This document shows positions 40,010-51,400 of a DNA stretch of 64,000 nt, piece by piece. The notes beneath the pieces were generated by a model. It saw only the letters and a list, made by a program, of their open reading frames with translations, made no database searches and was not told the origin of the DNA. The position numbers and the translations under genes are program-made. This stretch comes from Lingula anatina. Lineage: Eukaryota > Animalia > Brachiopoda. Positions within the stretch are counted from its first letter, which is position 1; the number at the start of each line of letters is the position of its first letter. The stretch lies in the NCBI GenBank assembly GCA_051362555.1, contig CM120645.1, positions 496,001 to 560,000 on the forward strand. The letters run 5' to 3'.

Positions 40010-40451
40010 TATATAGGAAGCCAAGATCTTGTGGGAAATCATCAATTGAAAAGGGATTCCTGATTTTACCTAGTTAATACAACCCATGTAAAATGTATGA
40101 AAGAAGTAGTTCTTGTCTTTGATATTATCAAAGTTTTATCTTAAATATTTTTAGAATTTACAAATGTTCCTCCTTTAATTCCTATGGAATATTTTTTTAT
40201 TATTATTAGATTGGCTGATTTTCTTTCTGATACATACTGTCTTAACACTGGGACAGGAAGAGTTCTTAGAAAAAAAATGTCAAGAAATCATTCTGTTATC
40301 AAATCTTTATTATTATTTATTATTAGGCTACCAGGCAAATACAATTTGAAAATTTCAACAATATGACCCAAACTGTACTCAATGTAAAGTACTAAGCTTA
40401 AGTTTGATATAGCCATGTTTGTTTTAAGGTGTATATTATTTCATATTTCAG

Positions 40452-40542
40452 GTACCCAAGACCTCCAGCAGCAGAAATGTTGGTAATAGCTGGTGTCTGA
40501 CTTCACCTATCTTAATAGATATCCAGAACTAACAGACTGAAG
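40452..40542 (+). other. Putative non-coding 5' UTR exon of Roco copy 1
   Basis: atttcag acceptor and aag/gtatgt donor; conserved in unit 2 (57636-57726); next acceptor tttcag ends at 41264, ahead of the ATG. Confidence 0.5.
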
Positions 40543-41395
40543 GTATGTCATCATGTATGAACTGATATATTGCCTAATTAAATTTTATTTTATGTAACCT
40601 TTAATATTAAATACATTTAATTTGCTCTAAGTACAATTTTTATGTTAACCACCCCAAATCCTGATCATAAACTTTTGTGATGCAAATGAATATATTATAA
40701 TTTATAACATTAATTTGAGAAATTTAAAAAGAAAGTCATTCATGAACGCTATCCATCCAGCTTTTCATCAGTCTTTTCCTTATTATTTTTTTCAGATAAC
40801 TCATATTTTGTCCAAATGCACATTTAATCCACATAAGGTAATAGAGTTACTGCCTACTCAACAAAAATTGTATATCAAGTTAAAATGCTTGAAATACATG
40901 ATTTACCAGAGTACTTATAAATGTAAACATGCCTTTTGTCAAGTGAAACCACATGGAAATAATTTTATTGTGGAATTTTTTGCCACAAAATACCATATAT
41001 AATTATGTTGTGCATAGCTGATTAATTCAAACAAAAGAAGTGCATGTCACACTTTTTGTATCATATTATATTTTATTTCTTTCACACAAAGACAGCAAAA
41101 CAGTAGACCTATGACTTAGTTATGTATTTTAAGATAAGGTACCTGTCATCAGAGGGAAGTAAAGATAAAATGTTTTATTTTGCCAACAAAACCCCAATAC
41201 TGTGCATGACTCATTTTTAACAAAATTAAAATTTTGCTACCAATTTATCTTTTTTCAATTTCAGACAAAGAAAAGACAACAAAAGACATGTATGCACAGT
41301 AATGGAGGAAGTCAAAGAACATTTAGCACATTTTCCAAGTGACCATATATAACATAAAGCAGTGACATTTCTTCCTACTGCTCTATTCTTGAAAC

Positions 41396-44159
41396 ATGTC
41401 TTACAGACAAGTAACAGCAGGTAGAGAGAGACTTGATCTCTTACATGTGCTACAGTTGTCTCCACAGTCCAAGACACCAGACACTGTGCTGGAGTGGACT
41501 AAGCTTCATATAAGCCATGCTGGTATAGACAACCTACCAGATTCCATTGACAGGTGTAAAAATGTTAAGGAGTTGAATGCAGCAAGCAACAGGTTATCTT
41601 CTTTACCACAGTCCATATCCAAACTGCCACATCTCACAGTGTTGGAACTATCCCACAATGCCTTCACTACATTCCCCATAGCACTGTGTGGCTTGACTAA
41701 CCTAGAGGTGCTGCACCTGGATAACAACCAGCTATCTGACATACCAGTGGATATCACCAAGATGAAGGGGCTTAGGATATTCTGGCTTCATAACAATGCC
41801 TTCACTACAATCCCCATAGCACTGTGTGACTTGACTAACCTAGAGGTGCTGTACCTGTCATACAACCAGCTATCTGACATACCAGTGGATATCACCAGGA
41901 TGAAGGGGCTTAGAGAATTTCACCTTAGTGACAATGCCTTCACTATATTCCCCATAGCACTGTGTGGCTTGACTAACCTAGAGTTGCTGTACCTGGATAA
42001 CAACCAGCTATCTGACATATCAGTGGATATCACCAGGATGAAGGGACTTGGCATATTCTACCTCAATAACAATGCCTTCACTACATTCCCCATAGCACTG
42101 TGTGGCTTGACTAACCTAGAGTTGCTGTACCTGGATAACAACCAGCTATCTGACATATCAGTGGATATCAGCAGGTTGACTGAACTTAAGATTCTTACCC
42201 TGAATAACAATAACATCACCCACCTACCACCTCAGATAAAGAATATGAAAAGTCTAACAGACATAGATGTGAAAGGTAATCCTCTGGTACAACCACCTAT
42301 ACATACTGCCGACAGGGGACTAGATGCTGTTAAGAGGTACTTTGAGGCATTAGCTGACACCAAGGCAATTCAGTCAAGTAGAGTACAGATCAACTTTCTT
42401 GGTGAAACAGAAGCAGGAAAAACTAGCATTTCACGTACATTACAACTTGGACAGTCAACCCTCACAACGAAGGCAGACAGGACAAGAGTGGTGGAGCAGG
42501 GAACATGGGAGTCTGACCAAGACATTGCCTTCAATATCAATGACTTTGGTGGACATGATGTCTATAAAATAGGTCATCCCATTTTTATCTCCACTAGGGG
42601 CTTGGTTTTTATCACTTTCAATCTGTCTAAATATGATCCAGAAAAGGAGGGTCATTATCAGCTGCACATTGGAGCCTGGATTGACAAGGTGCAAGCACAG
42701 ATGCCAGGGATACAAATAGCTCTACTTGGAACTCACCTTGATGAGGTTGCAACCCCACATGCAGTAACAAAATGCTCCTCAATAACCAGGCAGCTTGAAG
42801 ACCATGCAAGTGAAAAAAAAAAGTGGTATCAAGCACAAAAGGAGACGTGTGAGAACAAAATAAAAGAAATACCTGAAGCCCAAGCGTCTCTCCGCCAGGC
42901 CTACCAAAGCAAAGCAGCTCATTTGCAGACCTTGTATGGGCAGATAAAACCCATCTATGAGCATATTTTTACAGTGAGTTCAAAAACCCTTAAAGGAGTT
43001 CAGGAGTTGAGAGACTATCTACTTTCTTTTGCCAGGACAAGTGCTGAAGTTTTGCCAGAGATGTGGGTGGAAGCAGCCAAGAATATCTGCACCAAGAAAA
43101 TTGAAGGCCCTGAGAACACACTTGGCTGGGAGGTGATTGATGACCTCATTCTGCAAAATGCACCAACATCATGGAAAGAGAAGCACACACAGGAAGAAAA
43201 AAAGAAAACAATTTGTGACATCTTAAGTTTCCTAGCTCACCGTGGAGACATAATATGGTTTGATAAAAGCCCTTCACTGATGAAAGTTGTTTTCCACAAG
43301 CAAGAGGTTATTGTGAATGTTCTCAAGGCAGTCCTCACACATGATCAAGGTGAAGTATCACAAAAGCTTCAAAAGTCCATGAAGATTACAAGAAGGAAAA
43401 CACCCAAAATAGAAGAAGACATCTTTAACAGAGGAATTGTTTCTAAACAAGCTATGAGCTGCCTATGTGAGCCTTTCAAATTGTCAACTACTGAAATTGA
43501 TGTCATGACAGAAATGATGCTGAAACTGGAGCTGTGCTATCAAGTCCAGGAAGATGAATCCCTTCCATCCAATACCTCATTCCACTTTCCATGGCTCCTC
43601 ACTGAAGAAAGGCAACCTGAGCTAGACACCAAATGGCCCAGCAAGGTTCCCCCAGACACCACACAACTTACCCTGCAGGTTCTCTTTCCATACAAATGTC
43701 CAGATGGCTTATATGAGAAATTTTCTGTTCGTCAGCATAAACATCTTGGACTCATGAAGACCATGCGAATGGACTGGAAGGATGGAGTGTATGCAGAACT
43801 TGAGGGATGCAAAATGCAGCTGACACGGGGGGAAAATCCTGATCCAGTTAGCCAAGATCCAGACTGGGTTATCAGTATTGCTGTCCGTGGATCACATCTC
43901 TCAGACATGTGGCGTGTTCTCATGCGAGGTCACAGTGACCTCATGGCCATCATTGAAGAGGATTGGCCTGGGGTGTCATATGACAAGTATCTTGTGTGTC
44001 CCCACTGTGTGAGTGAGGACAGTGAGCACTCAACTCTCTTCCCTGGAGAGATACTTGACCAAACCATTGCAACAACTTCCAAACCAAGACAGGTGCCATG
44101 TGTCAATACTGGTGTCTCCATTCCTGCAGACCTAGTCTACCCACCTAGCTGGCAGGAAG
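41396..44159 (+). CDS. Roco protein copy 1, coding exon 1 (about 12 LRRs, ROC GTPase, COR); MFHAS1/MASL1-like
   Basis: 23-aa LRRs; P-loop GETEAGKTS, DFGG, THLD, VSS GTPase motifs; COR-like region; CPHC; donor gaag/gtaagt at 44159/44160. Confidence 0.92.
41657..42170 (+). repeat. Coding tandem array, about 4 x 138 bp (two LRRs per unit)
   Basis: aatgccttcacta anchor every 138 bp from 41657 to 42071. Confidence 0.92.
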
Positions 44160-44578
44160 GTAAGTACGATACTATAATAACATTACCACAGCACTTCTCT
44201 AGTTTCTCTTTTTTACGTACATATCTTTTCTGAAAAAATGTTGTCAAACTGCTCTCACCTGAACATGACATCAAAAAAATTCACTAAAGAGAAGAATCTG
44301 ATTTTGTTAAGCACAGCGTTTTGTTAAAATAGCATTGATTTCTGTTACTTAGTATTTTTGTAAAAATGTTCACATATTATTTCCATGCACTTAGTAAACA
44401 TGTTCTTACAGCAGTGTGGATATTTTCTTGTAAATATTTTGTATTTTTATACACTTGTCTCTGCTTATGTGTCAAAGCCTTGTTATTAATTATCAACTAC
44501 AATTACTGTTTTTCATAATGATTACAGGAATTTTTTTCATATGTGATTAATTTTAAAAAACAGTTAAATTGTTTTCAG

Positions 44579-44868
44579 TTCTGCATGAAAAACAATCAAG
44601 GCTTTGTGAAAAAATCACAGAACCCTGTCTCAAGGACATGTTAAATGAGTTCCTCCAAGAAGGCATCATCACATACCGTGAAGCTGAAATGGTGAGAGCA
44701 GAACCTCCTGAACACCATGACCAAACCTCAACTACCAGGGTGGTATGTCCAGAGAAAACTGCTGTCTTCCTTGACATTCTCAAAACCAGAGGAGATGAGG
44801 CATTTGATTTATTAAAGAAATGTCTCACTGAAAATGGACAAAGTGAGCTTGCTTCCCTCCTTAAATAA
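44579..44868 (+). CDS. Roco copy 1 coding exon 2: C-terminal CARD-like death-fold domain (spliced protein 1017 aa)
   Basis: ttttcag acceptor, phase matches the exon 1 donor (g+tt = Val); FLDILKTRGDEAFDLLKKCLTENGQSELASLL matches the CARD helix 4-6 pattern; AATAAA overlaps the stop. Confidence 0.8.
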
Positions 44869-45082
44869 ACTAAGTGGTCAACAAAACTGACTGACTTTCT
44901 GCAGCAACCGTGCTACAAATTTAATTGTATTTTCAGAAATTCTTTGATATTATCAAATATTTAGGCCTTACATCTCAGTTTATAAAAGCTTTTAGAAATG
45001 GAAAAACAAACAATGAATCTTGGTCAGTTAGACTAAAGAACTGTTACTGCAGTGACCTTTATCCATCCATAGACAGTAAGCC

Positions 45083-47726
45083 ATGAATGAGAAAGGGGAC
45101 ATCCCAGTTACTAAGGTTGGGGAGACCACTGTCCTGGAATGCCTGGCTGCAGGGAGCCTCAAACCCAAACTGACCTGGCTCAAGAACGATAAACCACTGG
45201 GGGTGACAGAACGCCATTTCCTTACAGCCAATGACCAGTTACTGGTCATTGTCCAGACACGGCCAGAGGATGCCGGGAGGTATACGTGTGAGATGTCCAA
45301 CACTCTGGGGATGGAAAGAGGGACGTCCCAGCTAACTGTTATCAATTTGGAGTCCCCCTCACGTGGAAACAATGGCGGTGGATTGGATGACGAGTCCACA
45401 ACGACAGGGATTATAATAATAGCTGTGGTGTGCTGCGTGGTGGGAACGTCCTTGGTCTGGGTGATCATTATTTATCAGACCAGGAAGAGGAGTGAGACAT
45501 ACAGCAGTACACCTACAGGTGAGAACATGTGATATGATATTCCTTTATTGTTTTATTAGATGAAGATGTCTGTTCAGTTCTTTATCAGTATTGGATGGAT
45601 AGGGGGGTGAAAAATATCTCACAGTGGGATGCTGCTTGAGGAAGTTGGAGAGCTACTAAAAACTTGTCATTGAGAAAGTCTGAATGCACTATATTTCATT
45701 AAATGAAACTTCCTTTATATAAAGTTATAATAATACAAAAACAGCTATAAGTTTTTATTACCACTGCAATATTTCAGTGTCACACAAAAACGTGGCTTTA
45801 GGTGTGCTAATACTGATGGAAAAACGGAATATTGTAATTTTGAATGCATAACACAGCTGATGATTTTTTTTTCTGCTGGATCCTTAATAAAATATTATAA
45901 CTTTTACAGATGAGACAACTTTACCTGGTGACTTGACACCATATAATCCATCAGATGAGGAACGGGAAAGCTCAAAGTCAGACCAGTTCCTGGAGTATCA
46001 GGGACATGTGTTACCCATGTTCCAGTCACACCCCCGGTACGCCAAGGCGGAGTGTGGGCGCTCGGCAGCCATCTTTCCAAGTGATGTGGAGGATGACGAT
46101 CTAAAACAGTCAGTGCCGCTGACTTGTGATGAACACCAGCCGGCTGCAGAGTCAGGTTTGTACTGAGACAATTTAAAAGATTTTTTAACCTATTTTTACA
46201 TTTTTAAGATTGGTTAAAAATTGTGAAGACAATTTAAACCAAATGTATCTGATATTTTATCTGCCTCAATAAGGACCATTCAAGCTTTAGGGTTAGAAAC
46301 CTCATGTGAGGTATATTCTGGGGCGAGCCGAAATTACAAATTGATACCTGTCTTAAATAGAAAAAAATTGAATAGAAAAAGTAACTTTCATGTTATCCTG
46401 TGAAGATATAAAATATTATTTTTTCTGTTTTCCACAGAGCACAGTATCAACAGTTTATCTCTGCCAAGCAGTGCGTCAGACAGTAGCTCTCCCAGCACAC
46501 GGAGCACCAGCAGCACTGGACTGAACTCTCTGCAAACCTTTAACCCTCATCCTAAACTAGCCAATCACAATGGGGTCCGAGACAGGTCACCAAGCCCAGT
46601 GGCCATGATTCATCAGCCACCGCAGTGGTTTAACGCCAGCTCCCTGCCTCACACCAGATCAACAGCAGATAGTTATCACTGCTCCAAGTCACCCACAGAC
46701 AATCCAGGTATTTTTAGCATTTGGATGACATTTTCTAAGCCATTACAATTGTTTATTGTCTTTGTTTATAGATAAATAACATTTTTCAAAATGTAGCAAT
46801 AGAGTTACTAGTTGAGATTAATAGAACACAGATAGGTCTGATTTAAGGAAAATAGTTTGTTCTTACTGGAAAAACACCCTGCATTTTAATTATTATAATT
46901 ATTATTTTGTAATTTGGAATTATATTGAATTAAACCTTTCCTCCTTGCCACAGTACTCGTGTGTCCCTGGACATAATTCTCACACCACATCTTAATATTT
47001 GTGTTCAATTTCAGAGTCCCCTGTCCCCCACACTGCCTCCTTGCCACAGTACTCATGTGTCCCTGGACATAATTCTCACACCACATCTCACACATTGCCA
47101 ATACCATATGAAGGTAATGCATTTATTTATTTGTTTATAATTTTAAAAATGCTCAGTTAACATTATGATTATGTGAGGTCGTCATTATTTCGTAACTTAA
47201 CTGTTGACTTTGGTAGTATTTAGACAGATTTTTTTATACCTATGATGCTTGAATTGATAAAAGTTTAGTATTTATGTAAATAATGTGAATCGTTCCAGAT
47301 CTGTATCCAGACTCTGAGGTTCATCCCAATCATCACTCATCCAGTGCCAGTTCTCCAAAGTCACCAAGTCACCATACCAGTAGTAATAGTAGTAGTCATC
47401 CTCAGCTCAGCCATCTCAGCTCACATCATAATATAGACTCTGGGGACATCCCCAGTGAAAACAATCACAATCACAGACACTTTGATAGTGCTGAACGCCG
47501 CCATCGCGGAAGACAAGCGCCTCCTATAGGGGGCAGGTCACAACACAGACAACATGGCGGAAGGACTTTAAGTTCTCCATCTCAACAACACCATAGACAC
47601 TTGTATGTGAATCCAATGGATGAAACGTTAGAAACAGCAGGGAGCATTCCAGAGGTTGGTTTGAAATCACCTTCTTCAAAACAAAAGGTGGCGCTGCCTC
47701 ACAGGACAGAAGATGACAGAGTTTAG
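45083..47726 (+). pseudogene. N-truncated LRIG duplicate (Ig3-TM-tail) with frame still open; pseudogene or young gene, 492 aa if spliced
   Basis: Exons 45083-45518, 45910-46155, 46438-46707, 47015-47113, 47299-47726 keep splice sites and frame; in-frame ATG at 45083 comes from non-LRIG flank; no signal peptide, LRRs, Ig1 or Ig2. Confidence 0.7.
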
Positions 47727-48498
47727 TAAACAGAGTTGTGTATGTTAAGTTCTGGAGAGGAATGCACAGTGGAAAGATGACTGGATTTATTCTTTTGAGA
47801 AATAAGTTCACAATGTGATCACAGCTATGGCAGCCATGCTGCTTAACTGTTCACTTAACATTATGCAAATCAAGAAACCCATTTCTTTGCCAAATCTCAC
47901 AATTGTATAGTTATTATTATATCTTACTACTTATTAAAGTGAATTGGTTGTTTTTCTCTTTTTTTTTTACCCATACAAAGTAAGGGTAAGTGGTATTACT
48001 GTAGTGCATTTCTGTTTCATGTGTTCTTTCTTCACACTTTGTGTGTGTAAGTGTATAGTGATGAATTAACTTGACAAGGTTATGTAAATATTGTACAGGT
48101 ATTCCTTGTATATTATGTACAGTGTATGAATCATGCAATATAATTTTTTGTTGGTGGGAGCTAAATTTGATCTTCTTAAAGATACTATATAAGGATGTAT
48201 GGTGGATGTGGCATTTCTATGAAGTAGGTCAAAAATTACCTTAGTTGTATTGTTTCATATCATGATATGTTGCATCACAAAATCCTAAGACACCAATATT
48301 TTGATTTGGCTTTGGGGGATAAAAGTTGGCATTGTTTAGCCAATTGTATAGCATAATACTTTATCTGGTACAACTTGTTGAATACTTGTTATTTATGTTA
48401 TGACCAAGGTTACAAGATCTAGACATTTCTTTAATTTCCCTATTAATCACTACAATCTATGACATGTAATAGATTTGTCTACCATCTAATGTGTGCGT

Positions 48499-51400
48499 TC
48501 AGTTCAGGAGTACAAGAAGTTCAAACAGATGTGCGAGTTATACTTTGATGGTCCACTAAAGAACAAATCTAAGACTGAAAAGATTGCGTACCTCCAGATA
48601 TGGGCTGGAGAGACTGGACGAGACCTAGTAAGCACATGGAACTTGACTGGGGATGAATCTAAGGAATTAAAAACCTACTTTGACAAATTTGAAGAATTTG
48701 TTAAGCCTAAAAGCAATTTTAGACTAGCCAGATTTAAGCTGAGGACCCTTACGCAAGGTAACGGGGAAACTGTAGATCAATTCTTGAAGAGAATTCGTTC
48801 TCTGGTCAGCGAGTGCAAGTATACCCAACCAGATGAACAAATACTTGACACGCTCATTTTTGGATGCAAATCAGCCCGCACGCAGTCCAAATTACTGGAA
48901 CTGGGTGAAACTTTGTCATTGGACAAGGCGATCGACATTGCAAGAACTCAGGAAGCAACCTCGCAGCAACTCACAGACATCAATCGAGACGCCCAGGTCC
49001 ATGCAGTCAAGCACAACAAACCGTTTCGCCCTAAACCTACATTTAAAGGGACACATAAGAAGAGAGAAACTTCTACCATGGCCTCAAAGTGCCACCCCAC
49101 AATGGAAAATCAGTGCAATAACTGTGGATCAAAACATGATCATAGTAAAAGAGAGCTGTGCCCAGCATACGGGTCCACATGCTTTAGCTGTGGGAAACTT
49201 AACCACTGGAGAAAGTGCTGCCGCTCCGAGCACAAGCAGTCCACAATTCATCGTGGAAACAGGCCACACAGACACGCCGTCACTCCCAAGCAGCAAATGC
49301 ATAGAGTGCATGCCTGCAGCGAAGACGACTGTGAGCCACAAGAGAGCAACGAGCTATATTTTAGCCCAATATACGTGGGCAGCATTGAAAGCAAGCGTGC
49401 TTTCATTAACCTGAAAATCAGCTCTGAGCAAAATAGTATCACTTTTCCGTGCAAAGTTGATACTGGTGCCGATGGAAACCTAATCACGAAGAAAGACTAT
49501 GCCAAATTATGCCCTAATAATACCAATTTGAAACCGTCTGGCGTCAAAATTGTAGCCTTTGGTGGTCAACGCATACCTCATTATGGATCATGCACCTTGA
49601 CACTGACGTATGGAGGTTCAAATACTGAGCATGAATTTCACGTTGTCGAAACCAATGGGCCGACTATCCTAGGCATAGACACCTGCCAGAAACTAGGCTT
49701 AGTTACACTTAACTATGCTGTTGATCTGGAGGACATACAGCACTCCAATGCTAACAATGCACTTCTGGAACAGTACCCCGACTGTTTCCAAGGCATTGGC
49801 TGTTTTAAAGGGGAATACCACATTACCCTTGATCCCTCGGTGCCACCAGTGGTGCATCCACCACGCCGTGTACCAGAAGCGTTACGTGAGCCTCTCAAAA
49901 CGGAGCTCGAGTCTCTTGAAAAGAAAGGCATCATCGCTAAAGTAGAGGAGCCAACAGACTGGGTCAATTCGTTAGTCTGTGTCACAAAGGCTGATGGCAG
50001 CATACGCCTGTGCTTAGACCCAAAAGATCTAAATGCCGCGATAAAAAGGCCACATCATCGAATCCCAAGCTTTGACGAAATTTTACCAAGGCTTAGCGGA
50101 GCCCGCTATTTCTCAATTCTGGATGCTCGTAGTGGTTACTGGAACATTAAACTTGACCATGAGAGTTCACTGTACACCACTTTCAATTCACCTCACGGTC
50201 GATACCGTTTCCTACGACTTCCATTTGGCCTTGTATGCGCCCAAGATGTTTTCCAGAAAAAGGTAGATGAAGCCTTCGGAGACCTAGACGGAATTACAGG
50301 AATCATTGACGACATCGTTGTCCATGGGAAAACCAAAGAGGAGCACGACAGGAATTTGCATCTCCTCATGGATCGTGCCAGAAAAATAGGCATCCGTTTC
50401 AATCCAGATAAAATGCGCATCAGATGCAGCGAAATTCCATTCTTTGGAAACATACTCAGTTCGGAGGGTCTACAACCTGACCCGAAGAAAGTGGAATCCA
50501 TCCACAGCATGGATCCGTCCAGCAACCTTGCCGATCTTCAAACGTTTCTTGGCCTCACCCAGTACCTCAGCAGGTTCATACCCAACCTGGCTTCCATTTC
50601 AGCAGTACTGTGGGACTTAACTAAGAGCAAGAATGAGTTCGTTTGGAGCCCAGAGCATCAGGCTGCAGTAGAGAAAATCAAATCTGTCATCACCTCACCA
50701 GAAACATTGCAATATTTTGACAGTAGCAAACCTGTAACGATTCAGGTTGACGCGTCGCAGCGCGGCCTCGGCGCCACTTTGATGCAGAACAATCGCCCTG
50801 TCGAATACAGGAGCAAATTACTAACAGAAACCGAGACGCGGTATTCAAACATAGAGCGTGAAATGCTTGCAGTTGTACATGGATTAGAGAAGTTCCATTA
50901 CTACGCTTATGGCCGTAAAGTCACTGTTGAAAGTGATCATAAGCCTCTCCAATCCATATTCCAGAAACATGTGAACAATGCACCTCCCAGAATCGCAAGG
51001 ATGATGTTGCGCATTCAGAAATATGATGTAACAATCAAATATGTGCCAGGAAAGAACATTCCAATCGCTGATGCTCTTTCCAGATTGTCAAAATGCGAAG
51101 GTGACACCATTCAAGGTGTAGATGTCACAGTGCATGAGATCGACATGCAGCTGAATGCAAGCCCCACCAGACTAAAGCAGATCCGAGAAGAAACGTCCAA
51201 GGATGAGACGCTTCACTCTCTTCGAAACTTCATCACAAACGGATGGCCAAACACTAGGTCAGAGTGTCCATCTCACCTCCACGACTATTGGAATTACCGT
51301 GATGAATTGTCAGTATTTGATGGCCTTATTCTAAAAGGAACTAGAATCCTGATCCCAACAACGCTTCAAGCAGCAGTGTTAGAACAGTTACACTATGCTC

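Larger units (their letters stand above)
26663..45109 (+). repeat. Tandem segmental duplication, unit 1 (LRIG 3' end + Roco gene)
   Basis: Collinear with 45110 onward; homology starts abruptly at actaaggttggggagacc (26663 / 45110). Confidence 0.9.

Noticed and set aside
44160-44233. ORF-track C-termini of the Roco proteins (also 62395-62429)
   Set aside because: Read-through past a strong donor conserved in both copies; the tails are not conserved.
41506-44828. Antisense ORFs over Roco, LRIG and Gypsy coding regions
   Set aside because: Shadow frames of real coding sequence.
48493-48498. GTG start of the 1332-aa ORF
   Set aside because: Lies in the host GT microsatellite flank; the true Gag start is missing.
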